A stretch of 55,663 nucleotides of DNA from a bacterium (GCA_017431625.1 JAFRKQ010000018.1:1-55663), one strand, 5' to 3'. Shown: positions 45,892-55,373, counted from the stretch's first letter. Made by a program: numbers and translations. The notes: generated by a model from the letters alone, not told the origin.

Positions 45892-47130
45892 ATGCTTGAT
45901 TTGGTACGATTATTTCTCAAGGCAGGTGATGGCGGTCATGGACGAGTGGCTTTCTATCGTAATCGTCGTGTCCTTAAAGGTGGTCCGGTAGGTGGTGATG
46001 GTGGCGATGGTGGCGATATCATTATCGAACTCGACACTCGTTTAAACACTTTGCAACATTTTTCTGGTAAGAAAAAGTTTATTGCTGGCGATGGACTACG
46101 AGGTGGCAAAGCCAGGCAAGTAGGTAAAAATGGTCAAGATGTGGTTATCACTGTTCCTTCTGGGACGGTAATTTGGCTGTATCAAGAAAATAATGTATCG
46201 AAGTTGCGACGTGAAAGAGTGGGTGTCCGTCGTCTTTTGGCTCGCGATGATCTGCCTCGCGAGAAATATTTTGTGGAAAAAGAGACCAATCCACCACCCC
46301 TTAGGGAGCCTGATAATATTAATAGTGATGAGAGGCCGTTTTTTCGTGATTATTTGCATGATCGTCTCGATGACGATCAAGCGGAATTTTTACCGTTGCC
46401 ACCAGGCAAGCTTGTTCGCCTGGCAATGATTGATGGCAAACTTCCTCGAGTAGTGATTTGTCAGGGTGGTTTTGGCGGTCGTGGCAATGATGCCTTTAAG
46501 TCTTCGCGTAATACTACACCGCTGGAAGCAGAATATGGTACCTGGGGTGAACAGAAAATGATTTTTTTGGAGCTTAAGTTATTGGCCAATATTGGTTTGG
46601 TGGGTTTGCCAAATGCAGGCAAAAGTACATTGCTTGCTCATCTAACTAAGGCGCGTCCTAAAGTAGCTGACTATCCTTTTACGACTTTGGAGCCGTTTTT
46701 GGGGGTTTTAAACTATCCAGATGAACGTAGTTTAGTAATAGCTGATATACCGGGATTAATTGAAGGCGCAAGTGAAGGGAAAGGTCTGGGTTTTGACTTT
46801 TTGCGTCATTTGGATAATTGTCGGGAGTTGATCTTTGTTTTGAGTTTGAGTGGTGAACAGGTATTTGCTAAGGCAAGTGATCAACACAAAGCACATTGGT
46901 TGCGTGAGCAATTGGAAGTACTTTTGGGCGAATTGAGTGATTATAGCGAACATTTGGCGAAAAAGAACTGCCTTTTTGTCATCAATAAGATTGATTTATA
47001 TTCATCGACGCTGATTGCGGCCATTAAAGATGAGTTTGCCGCTGAAGAATCGGGGTTGGTCTTGGTATCTGCTGCCACCGGTGATGGCTTAGCAGAGTTG
47101 AAAAAACGCCTTTGGCAAACTTTCGCCTAA
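45892..47130 (+). CDS. obg: GTPase Obg/CgtA with an insertion in the Obg fold
   Basis: AGDGGHGRVAFYRNR, glycine-rich Obg fold, and G1 GLPNAGKSTLL. An extra segment of about 80 aa lies between the Obg-fold strands. Confidence 0.9.
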   Translation: MLDLVRLFLKAGDGGHGRVAFYRNRRVLKGGPVGGDGGDGGDIIIELDTRLNTLQHFSGKKKFIAGDGLRGGKARQVGKNGQDVVITVPSGTVIWLYQENNVSKLRRERVGVRRLLARDDLPREKYFVEKETNPPPLREPDNINSDERPFFRDYLHDRLDDDQAEFLPLPPGKLVRLAMIDGKLPRVVICQGGFGGRGNDAFKSSRNTTPLEAEYGTWGEQKMIFLELKLLANIGLVGLPNAGKSTLLAHLTKARPKVADYPFTTLEPFLGVLNYPDERSLVIADIPGLIEGASEGKGLGFDFLRHLDNCRELIFVLSLSGEQVFAKASDQHKAHWLREQLEVLLGELSDYSEHLAKKNCLFVINKIDLYSSTLIAAIKDEFAAEESGLVLVSAATGDGLAELKKRLWQTFA

Positions 47131-47226
47131 TTTTTGTGAGTACAAGAGGCTCACAATGTGAGCCTGATTGTCGTTAGCTATCACCGCGGCTATTTGTGAG
47201 AAGTCGCGTTTTTTTTTGTACGCAGT
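47131..47226. repeat. REP-like elements, one degenerate
   Basis: TTTTTGTGAGTACAAGAGGCTCACAATGTGAGCC directly after the obg stop. TATTTGTGAGAAGTCGCGTTTTTTTTTGTACGCAG at 47191-47225. Confidence 0.75.
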
Positions 47227-47589
47227 GGCTATCGTTGCGAATATTAGCTGTAATGGTGGTAGCGAGCAGCTGTCTCGAGTATTTAATATAATTTCATAGT
47301 TATAGGATAAAACTCTAATTACAGAATAATTTATATTATATTTACATCAAATATGGTCGTGAAACTACTTACTGACTGGGCGCGAGATAGCGTACGGTTC
47401 GTACTTAGTAGTTAGTTTAAGCAAATCTTTTATTAAATAGCTGTTTTTGGCGATTAATATTATTAATGAATCTTTGTTCGTATAAATTGAAAGCAGCCGT
47501 TTTCTGTGGCTTAGAATTAAAAATATGTGGATTGTTGTTTGAGAGCAGACATGAATATTCACAAGTATAAATCGACAAGAGACGTTTAA

Positions 47590-47923
47590 TGTTCTTAAAT
47601 TGTGTACATTATGCTAAAAATAATTTATAGATGAATATAATTTTTATATTTAAAATGAGTTAATTTTAACTATACGACGATTAACATGACAGTTAGTTAC
47701 TATTACCAGGCTAGCAAATATTTGTACTGGCTTAAATGACTTATAAGTGTTCTTAAAATGTATACAAAATTACAAAAACACTTGATATATCCTATAAAAT
47801 TATTAATAATAAACACTCAATAATGAATCATTAATCCTGGATTTACTAGATTATGAGTCGAGATATGTCTGGCCAATTACTGCTAGATAGTTATTTGGGC
47901 GTATGTTCTTAAAAACTCTACAA
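47590..47923 (+). repeat. Three phased copies of TGTTCTTAAA-N-TACA in an AT-rich spacer
   Basis: TGTTCTTAAATTGTGTACA (47590), TGTTCTTAAAATGTATACA (47748) and TGTTCTTAAAAACTCTACA (47905). Same orientation, spacing 158 and 157 nt. Confidence 0.6.
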
Positions 47924-47993
47924 TTTCCGTATTTTACTTGATAAATAGAAAAAAACATGTATAAAAATACACATTAATATGTCTTCTAGGTCC

Positions 47994-48021
47994 AAAAAAC
48001 GCCCCCTGATAGCGGGGGCGT
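47994..48021 (-). terminator. Rho-independent terminator of the 48042-49886 gene
   Basis: CGCCCCC-TGATAGC-GGGGGCG. On the minus strand it is followed by TTTTTT. Confidence 0.75.
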
Positions 48022-48041
48022 TTGCGGGCTATTGAGTGTTT

Positions 48042-49886
48042 CTATTCGCTTAAAGCCTTAATTTTGGCTTGCACAGCTTGATAGTCACTACTGTCAGCGT
48101 CCACCAATTGTAAAACATTGTTATAACTGGTCAAGGCCAGGTCGGTTTCACCTTCTTGCTCATAAAGAGTGGCTAGCTGGTAATTACTTTGAGCCGAAGT
48201 GGGATCGAGTTGTAGCGCTTGTTGATAGACGCTGAGCGCTTCATCGAGTTTGCCCGTGCCTTGATAGAAACCACCCAGGCCTAGGAGAATATTGGGATTG
48301 TGTGGTTGCAAAAGTGCAGCTTGACCATAAGCGTGGGTAATACGGTCCGCCAATGTTTCAAAGCCAGATTGACTGTCAAGGTAAGGGTAGGCTTCTTGCA
48401 TAATTTGGGCATATTTGTTGTAATTATCAGCATGCGTGGGGGCAATCGCAATTGCTTTTTGAATGAAATTAATGGCATTCTCATAATGCTTGAGTGCTTG
48501 CTCGCTGTCTTGATTAAGTTGAGCCAGCATTAGCTCGGTTTCGGCAATTGCGGCATTGGCATTGGTGTTATCGATGTCTGGAGCAGCCTTAACTGCTCGC
48601 GCTGATAAGTCGATAAAATCAGAAAGATTATCCTCTAAAACTGCTTGCTGTGACCGTTCAAAAAGATAGAAACCCTGATAGTTACGTGCTAAATTAAGAA
48701 TAAAAATTATTAGCAGTATGGAAGATATAGTGCCAAATGACATGGTGATAACACTGCTGCTATCGCGATTTTCTACTTTTTGAGTACTTTTTTCTGATGA
48801 AAAAGTGGCGAGATTCAAATTGAGTAAAATTTGTCTATTTTTATTGGTAGCAAAAGTGATTAATATTACTTGAATCATCAATATTAAAGGATAAATTGCA
48901 GTAAATAATTGTACAAAGAAAGAGATCAAAAGGATGAAGTATAAATCGCGATTTTTCTCCTCTTGGCGAAAGCATAAATATAATGTTTGACCGATAAGAA
49001 TAAGCCAGGCTGCTAAAGCTAAAAGTCCATAAAGACTGAAGATGGTCAACGGTAAGCAATAGGCTTGATGAAATCGGCCGAGATGATTGGTGTCAGTGTC
49101 GAGACTGTACTGATCATAAATATCGGCGTAATTTTGCGATTTAGAGCCTAGAAACAGCCGTTTGTAGCTAAATTGGTTATTGGCAGCGAGGGCGCGGGCA
49201 GCGGTCGAAAATGAGGCCGCAAATGAGGGTGTAGTGGCCGGTAATTGAAAGCTCAAATAAAAAGACATAATTAACCCGATAATAAAGGTGGGAATGAGAA
49301 TTAATTGGCCGGTTTTAAATTTGTTTTTTTTGAAGTAGTTAGCGCCAACTCCAGCCAGGCCAATGAACATCAAGCTCTGATAAAGACCAGGTGTGTTGAG
49401 AGTTTGGGCCCAGGAAGAAGGCAAAAAGGTAAAAAAACTATTGGCGAGGCTTACCCCCAAGGCAACTACTCCTAGGCTACACACAGTCAGGGTTAGTTTT
49501 GTGGCCACTTGTGAGTTGTTGATTTTTACCAAGATACTTGAACAAATGGCACTCAGGCTAAAAGCAATCATGAGTCCGCCAAGACCAAGAAAAGATGCGG
49601 TAGCGTGAGTGGGTGTCGTGGCAATGATCGCTGCTCCCAGACAAAGAGAAAAAAGAATGAGCGAGGGTGTAAGTGGTGAGAGATTGAGATAGAGATGACG
49701 CCGGCGGAAGCAAACAATCAAAAAATAGGCAAAACTAAGACTGGTGAAAGCAAAAAAAGACAGCATTTTGAGGCTGGCTGGGAAAACCGTGAAACCGTCA
49801 GGTAAAAATGCGATTGCTGCCAGAGAAATTAAGAGAGTGGCGAAAGCCAAGCTACTTGATATTGCAGAACGATTAATGTTTGACAT
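48042..49886 (-). CDS. Polytopic membrane protein with C-terminal TPR repeats (O-antigen ligase/Wzy-like architecture)
   Basis: About 12 hydrophobic helices, then TPR-like repeats (ALKHYENAINFIQKAIAIAP; EALSVYQQALQLDP; LALTSYNNVLQL). TATAAT lies 9 nt before the ATG. Confidence 0.55.
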   Translation of the reverse strand: MSNINRSAISSSLAFATLLISLAAIAFLPDGFTVFPASLKMLSFFAFTSLSFAYFLIVCFRRRHLYLNLSPLTPSLILFSLCLGAAIIATTPTHATASFLGLGGLMIAFSLSAICSSILVKINNSQVATKLTLTVCSLGVVALGVSLANSFFTFLPSSWAQTLNTPGLYQSLMFIGLAGVGANYFKKNKFKTGQLILIPTFIIGLIMSFYLSFQLPATTPSFAASFSTAARALAANNQFSYKRLFLGSKSQNYADIYDQYSLDTDTNHLGRFHQAYCLPLTIFSLYGLLALAAWLILIGQTLYLCFRQEEKNRDLYFILLISFFVQLFTAIYPLILMIQVILITFATNKNRQILLNLNLATFSSEKSTQKVENRDSSSVITMSFGTISSILLIIFILNLARNYQGFYLFERSQQAVLEDNLSDFIDLSARAVKAAPDIDNTNANAAIAETELMLAQLNQDSEQALKHYENAINFIQKAIAIAPTHADNYNKYAQIMQEAYPYLDSQSGFETLADRITHAYGQAALLQPHNPNILLGLGGFYQGTGKLDEALSVYQQALQLDPTSAQSNYQLATLYEQEGETDLALTSYNNVLQLVDADSSDYQAVQAKIKALSE

Positions 49887-50048
49887 AATACACTCATTAT
49901 ATGAAATTTACCCGATTTTGCAAGAGTGCAAACAGACGAAAATTGGTATTTTGGTCATTAAATGGCGACTCTCTATCGTGATTGAAGTCAAAATTGACGA
50001 TATTTTTTTCGGTGTAAAAATTACAAAATTTCGCGTGAGAAATATCTG

Positions 50049-50146
50049 TGCGTTAATAAATTATTATATGCAAATTTTGCATTAATAACATTAATGCATA
50101 AAATGCGTTAATAAACCAGATAATGCAATAATAATGCGTTAATAAT
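50049..50146. repeat. TGCRnTAATAA iteron cluster
   Basis: TGCGTTAATAAA appears twice. TGCATTAATAAC, TGCATAAAA, TGCAATAATAA and TGCGTTAATAAT also present, the last two 11 nt apart. Confidence 0.7.
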
Positions 50147-50851
50147 TATAAGTCATATCAGTAAGAAAAAAATGTTTTTCAACAATACTGCAACAATTGA
50201 AAATTAACAGCTAAATTAATCCCTCAACCAAATTGACGACAATTGCATTGAGAAACTCTCATGCTAAGTTGGCAAATAATGATTTATTGATCAACCGAAG
50301 TAATCATAACTAAGACATATTGACTTGCCATTACCACGAAGATAGCCAAGTGGATTAATCTAATTTAGATGGCAAAATTTAGGCTTCACCATATGCAGCT
50401 GAATAGTTGTTCATTAACTTTGGTTTGGTGGCCAAAATGACCGAAATTTGACAACAATACATTTTTATCATTTGTTGAAAGATGTGCGAAAGTTGTTTTA
50501 ATCTGATGTTAGCAGTTGTAGTTACTGGCTGCTAAAAGAGAAATTGCTAAAAAATTTCCTAAATATAGGAATTTTTTTGGTGTTAAGTTGAAAAACGCTG
50601 CCAGAGTGAGGAATATGACATTTAAATTTCGCAAATTCCATTGGATGCTAATAAATAAGATGATGTAACCGAAAATATTAAATAATAATGCTTCAGAGGG
50701 TTACCAGATATAAGCCTGGAAACATCAATTTTCTTAATTTTGATTTTCGCTGCGAATTGCTACAGGCTAAAATATCGGGTAAAAAATTGTAAGTACAAAT
50801 CAAAAATGAGAAAAGTTTATTTAAGTCTCTTTATATTAAATTTTACGTTTT

Positions 50852-50910
50852 TGCGGAAATAGCCAACCAGATATTGCGGGAATAGTGCGGTAAATATGCG
50901 GTAATAAAAA
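50852..50910. repeat. TGCGGnAAT iteron cluster upstream of comEA
   Basis: TGCGGAAATAG at 50852. Then the tandem 11-mers TGCGGGAATAG, TGCGGTAAATA and TGCGGTAATAA from 50875. Confidence 0.7.
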
Positions 50911-51010
50911 TTCAGCTTGTAATTTATGTCTATTGGTTGCTTTGCAACCAAATACATTTGTTGGGAGTGAAATGATTTGAAATGATTGCCAGTATAATTC
51001 AACGCAGATT

Positions 51011-51670
51011 ATGAGAAATGCATTACAGTGGCTTTACGCCAAAAAGTTTTACCTTATTTTCGCATCAATTTTGCTTATTTTTATGGGTTTTTTGACTATA
51101 GTTTGGTGGCTAATTTCAGCTCATGTACGTCAAGAACGCTTTACTATCCAATGTCCTGACAGCAATGAGAATATGTCTGATTTGACTGCTGGTGTGACGT
51201 CTCCGGCTCCTGTAAATCAAGCATATATTGTGGTCGATATTGGTGGCGGGGTAGTTAATCCTGGAGTCTATGTTGTTGCTTCTAGTGATAAATTGGCTGA
51301 TTTGGTCCAAAAAGCCGGCGGATTGAGAGAAGAGGTGCTGGATATGCATTTGGTGCAAAAGCAGCTAAATTTGGCCCAATCATTAAGCGATGGGCATAAG
51401 TATTACATTCCCTACCGCGGTGAGACCTGGACACAGACTGGAACAAGTACGACTCCACCTTCTCAGGCGGACATCTCTAGTAGTAATACAACTTTGATTT
51501 CATTAAATAATGCTGATTTAAAGGCTTTACAGACGCTTAATGGTGTAGGTGAGGTGAGAGCGCAGCAAATCATCGATAATCGGCCCTATACTCAGCTAAG
51601 CGATGTTGTCACCAAGGGTGCACTCACACAAACAGTTTTTGATAAAAATAAGGATTTGCTCACACTCTAA
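51011..51670 (+). CDS. comEA: Competence protein ComEA (DNA receptor)
   Basis: N-terminal TM and a C-terminal helix-hairpin-helix region LNNADLKALQTLNGVGEVRAQQIIDNRPY. Confidence 0.85.
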   Translation: MRNALQWLYAKKFYLIFASILLIFMGFLTIVWWLISAHVRQERFTIQCPDSNENMSDLTAGVTSPAPVNQAYIVVDIGGGVVNPGVYVVASSDKLADLVQKAGGLREEVLDMHLVQKQLNLAQSLSDGHKYYIPYRGETWTQTGTSTTPPSQADISSSNTTLISLNNADLKALQTLNGVGEVRAQQIIDNRPYTQLSDVVTKGALTQTVFDKNKDLLTL

Positions 51671-51698
51671 TTTCGGGTCAAAACAGGTGCTCATTTTT

Positions 51699-53054
51699 AT
51701 GAAAAAATCTAGGGTATATATTTATACATTGATACTGATTGCACTATTATTTCTGATGATAATTTATCGATATCAAAATTTAACCCGAAACCAAATAAAG
51801 TCCGTAAATCAGCAAATCAGTTTCAACTATTTGTTGAACTCGTATCCGAGTAATTGTGTTTACCAGGCTATTAATGGCTACCAATTCCGCCTTCCTGCCT
51901 GTAACCAATTGACTATAGGCGAATATTATACGATTATTGGCACTGTGAGGGCACCGACTGATAAAGTTAACGATTATTATTATAATATTGATGTATCGCA
52001 GATTACTCCATATCAGCATCCATGTTGTTCGCTAAATTTTTTTATAGTGACATTATATCAAAAAATGTTGGATTGGACGCTTAAAATCAGAATGACTCTC
52101 AAATATTTTTTGGCTCGATTTTTACCCCAAGAGAATGCTAGTTTAGTCTTAGGTCTGGTGCTTGGCTCTAGCATGGCCGACTTCACCTCTGGATTTAAGG
52201 CTATAATTAAGCAATTGGGTCTGTCCCACATGGTTGCTGTATCTGGATTTCATCTTGGGGTTTTATTCGCCTTTACCTCTGGAATATTCACTTCTATCTT
52301 TTCCAGAAAACTAGCTGTTTTAGCCACGATAATTTTTTTAGCCTGGTACTCGCTACTTGTTAGCACTCCGTTGTCACTGGTGCGAGCTTTGTTTATGCTG
52401 ATTTTATCTTTGATTGGTCGCAATTATTTTTATAAATATACAAATTCTTTTTTGATTTTGCTTCAGGTTTTTCTTTTTATGTCTCTTTTATCGGTCTTAA
52501 ATATCTTCAATGTTGGTCTCCAATTGAGTTTTTTATCGACAGCCGGTATTCAACTTTTTGCCAACTATTTTTCTTGCTCGTCATCTGTTTTTGCTCTTAC
52601 TTTGCGTGAGAATTTCTTGAAAACTTTACTTACACGCCTGGTCGTTTTAATTAAAGCCTCAATTTTGACGTCTTTGTCAGCTCAGCTGATGTCTTTACCG
52701 GTGATAATTAATGTTTTTGGTGAGCTTGCGCCCCTTGGATTTGTCTCAACTCTCATCTTTTCTTCGCTGCTTACCTTCCTTGTTTGCTTGAGTGTGCCAC
52801 TGTTGTCCTTCTCAATTATGACGGGTACTTACAATTATATGTTTTATTTAATTGGCCCTTTATATCTATTTTTGTCTGATCTGTCTGGTTTTTGTATGAA
52901 ACTTCTGACTTTGTCCGCTGACTGGATGGGACACCTGGTTTCTGTTCGCTTTTCCTTTGGTTGGACTGAAATTGCTATTTATTACGGGTTAATTGCGTGT
53001 TTTGTTTGGTTTTGGCGTCAGACTGGGCGTCGTTGTCAAGTGTATGTCGTTTAA
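51699..53054 (+). CDS. comEC: ComEC/Rec2 competence channel domain (no MBL domain)
   Basis: Polytopic, with the competence-domain pattern LGLSHMVAVSGFHLGV. Start moved to ATG 51699 (MKKSRVYIY). Confidence 0.8.
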   Translation: MKKSRVYIYTLILIALLFLMIIYRYQNLTRNQIKSVNQQISFNYLLNSYPSNCVYQAINGYQFRLPACNQLTIGEYYTIIGTVRAPTDKVNDYYYNIDVSQITPYQHPCCSLNFFIVTLYQKMLDWTLKIRMTLKYFLARFLPQENASLVLGLVLGSSMADFTSGFKAIIKQLGLSHMVAVSGFHLGVLFAFTSGIFTSIFSRKLAVLATIIFLAWYSLLVSTPLSLVRALFMLILSLIGRNYFYKYTNSFLILLQVFLFMSLLSVLNIFNVGLQLSFLSTAGIQLFANYFSCSSSVFALTLRENFLKTLLTRLVVLIKASILTSLSAQLMSLPVIINVFGELAPLGFVSTLIFSSLLTFLVCLSVPLLSFSIMTGTYNYMFYLIGPLYLFLSDLSGFCMKLLTLSADWMGHLVSVRFSFGWTEIAIYYGLIACFVWFWRQTGRRCQVYVV

Positions 53055-53991
53055 AACAATTTGTCTACTATTTATTATAGTTTGGTTTGCTTGGTTTCCC
53101 AAGTTTTATTCGCTTTTTGTTCATCATCGCACTACGGCGAGAGTTGTTTTTTGTGATGTTGGTCAAGGAGATGCTTCTTTGATCGTAGATGGTGATTTTC
53201 AGCTGTTAATTGATGGCGGCCCCTCACTTGATGTTTTGTCTTGCTTAACTCAAAATGTTTCGCCTTTTGATCATGAGCTTGAATGGTTAGTCTTGACTCA
53301 TGCAGATGCGGACCATTTTTATGGTTTAACCTCAGTTTTGCAAACCTACACGGTCAGACATTTGATGATCTACAATATGGCCAAGGCTTCTGATGATTTT
53401 TATGCCTTTTACCAGGCAGTGTGGTCGCAACTCCAGGTAGGTAACCTCGAGGTGGTCTTTCCGGCCTTAGGGGCGCGCCAATGTTTGTCGTCGCGGGTTT
53501 GCGTAGAAGTGCTTTCTGAGTTTCGGGATTTCTTCCCATTAAATATTTACCAAGACCATCAAAGTTTCGAAAACTTATCGGACATGATAACAAAATTTGT
53601 ACCAAAATCTTATGATTATAATAATGGATCTATAGTGTTAAAATTGTATTTTGATCAATTTTCTTTTCTATTTACTGGTGATGCTGAAGAGCCCCAAGAA
53701 TTAGCAATATTGGATACTGGACTGCTAACAAAAGTCGATGTCCTAAAAAGCGGGCATCACGGCTCAAAATCTTCATCTTCGCCCCTTTTTTTGGCGGCTG
53801 TCCAACCCGAAAATATTGTCATATCGTGCGGATTGGAAAATAGCTATGGGCACCCTCATCAATTAACATTGCAGCGTTATGCTGATCTGGGCGCTCAGGT
53901 GTGGCGCACGGATTTGCAGGGGACAATTGTAATTGACTTTGATGATAATGGTTATTGGCATTGGTCTTCCCCTCATTCACTCCCTGATTAG
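53044..53991 (+). CDS. Metallo-beta-lactamase-fold protein corresponding to the ComEC C-terminal nuclease domain
   Basis: VVFCDVGQGDASLI, LTHADADHFYGL and KSGHHGSKSS. ATG 53044 overlaps the comEC stop by 11 nt in another frame. Confidence 0.8.
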   Translation: MSFKTICLLFIIVWFAWFPKFYSLFVHHRTTARVVFCDVGQGDASLIVDGDFQLLIDGGPSLDVLSCLTQNVSPFDHELEWLVLTHADADHFYGLTSVLQTYTVRHLMIYNMAKASDDFYAFYQAVWSQLQVGNLEVVFPALGARQCLSSRVCVEVLSEFRDFFPLNIYQDHQSFENLSDMITKFVPKSYDYNNGSIVLKLYFDQFSFLFTGDAEEPQELAILDTGLLTKVDVLKSGHHGSKSSSSPLFLAAVQPENIVISCGLENSYGHPHQLTLQRYADLGAQVWRTDLQGTIVIDFDDNGYWHWSSPHSLPD

Positions 53992-54064
53992 TCTGGCGAG
54001 TAACTTTGTTGTGTAGTATAATACAGCCGAGTTACTAAGAGTTGGTAGCTGTAGGAAGGTAAAT

Positions 54065-55357
54065 ATGTATAAAATTGAAACTCTTGATAATCACTTGACT
54101 ATTTTAAAAATCCCAATGCCCGGTGTCGAATCAATAGCGACGGTGGTGATGGTCAAGGCGGGCTCTCGTTATGAGGCTGAGACAGACTTTGGTGTGGCTC
54201 ACTTTTTGGAGCACATGGTTTTTAAGGGTACTACCAAATATCCAACCAATAAGATATTGACGCAAAAGGTGGATGGTATTGGTGCTGTTTTCAATGCTTT
54301 CACCGGTGAGGAGATGACAGCATTTTATTTGAGAGCGGCCGCTAAGGATCTTGATTTGACCCTAGATGTCTTGTCTCAGCTAACCACCCAGGCTTTACTT
54401 GAACCTGATGAGATCAATCGTGAGCGTGGAGTCATTCTTGAGGAAAAGCATATGTACGAAGATCAGCCCAACGCCTTCAATGCTCAAGAATTTACCAAGA
54501 TGATGTTTGCGGGCAGTGGTCTGGGGCATGATATTGTGGGCACCGATGACTCCATCTGTGGTATCCAGAGAGATAATTTCTGTCGCTTTATTGAGTCTTG
54601 GTATCGACCGCACAATATGTTAGTGGTGATTGCAGGCAAAAAGGAGACTATTGAGGCTCCAGACATCAATCAGAAAGTTGCTCGCTATTTTCAATTTGCG
54701 GATTTGGCAACGCCAGCACCCAGACAAGAGGATTTTTGGGAACAATCTTTCACTTATGGCGGACATGTCAATATAATTGACCGTAAGACCGAGCAAACGC
54801 ACTTTGTTTTGGGCTGGCCGAGCATTGATCGATTTGACCGTCGCGATGCGGTTTTGGGGCTATTACAGACCATTTTGGGGGGCAATATGAGTTCAAGATT
54901 GTTTAGCGAAGTCCGTGAGCGTCGTGGTCTTTGCTACTATGTCTACGCTCAAGATGATGCTTACTGCGATAGTGGCTTTTTTGGCGCTGCCTCTGGCGTA
55001 AATCCGGGGAAACTGACCGAAGCCATCAAGGTGACGGTGGACCAATTTACCGCCTTGGCTTCTGGTGACAAGCCAGTGACACCAGAAGAACTGCGTCGGG
55101 CTCAGGATTATCGTTGCGGGCAGATGACTCTGGCGGCAGAAAGCGTCTACAATCTGGCGCTCAACTATGGCTCGCAATATCTTTTTGAGCACAAGATACG
55201 GACGGTGGCTGATGAGATGGAGCGTATCCAGGCTGTCAGTTTGGATGAAATTCAGGCTTTGGCCAAAGAATTGATTCAGCCTGGACAATTACGTTTATCA
55301 GTCATTGGCCAACTCACTAAGAGCCAACGTCAGGATATTGCTAAAATGATCGCTTGA
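54065..55357 (+). CDS. M16-family (pitrilysin-like) zinc peptidase
   Basis: HFLEHMVFKGT (HxxEH) motif, 430 aa. AGGAAGG Shine-Dalgarno lies upstream. Confidence 0.9.
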   Translation: MYKIETLDNHLTILKIPMPGVESIATVVMVKAGSRYEAETDFGVAHFLEHMVFKGTTKYPTNKILTQKVDGIGAVFNAFTGEEMTAFYLRAAAKDLDLTLDVLSQLTTQALLEPDEINRERGVILEEKHMYEDQPNAFNAQEFTKMMFAGSGLGHDIVGTDDSICGIQRDNFCRFIESWYRPHNMLVVIAGKKETIEAPDINQKVARYFQFADLATPAPRQEDFWEQSFTYGGHVNIIDRKTEQTHFVLGWPSIDRFDRRDAVLGLLQTILGGNMSSRLFSEVRERRGLCYYVYAQDDAYCDSGFFGAASGVNPGKLTEAIKVTVDQFTALASGDKPVTPEELRRAQDYRCGQMTLAAESVYNLALNYGSQYLFEHKIRTVADEMERIQAVSLDEIQALAKELIQPGQLRLSVIGQLTKSQRQDIAKMIA

Positions 55358-55373
55358 GTCTAAGGGGATAAAA

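Noticed and set aside
47590-47923. Phased repeats as a CRISPR array.
   Set aside because: There are only three degenerate units of about 19 nt, separated by about 138 nt rather than 30-40 nt. No cas genes are present.
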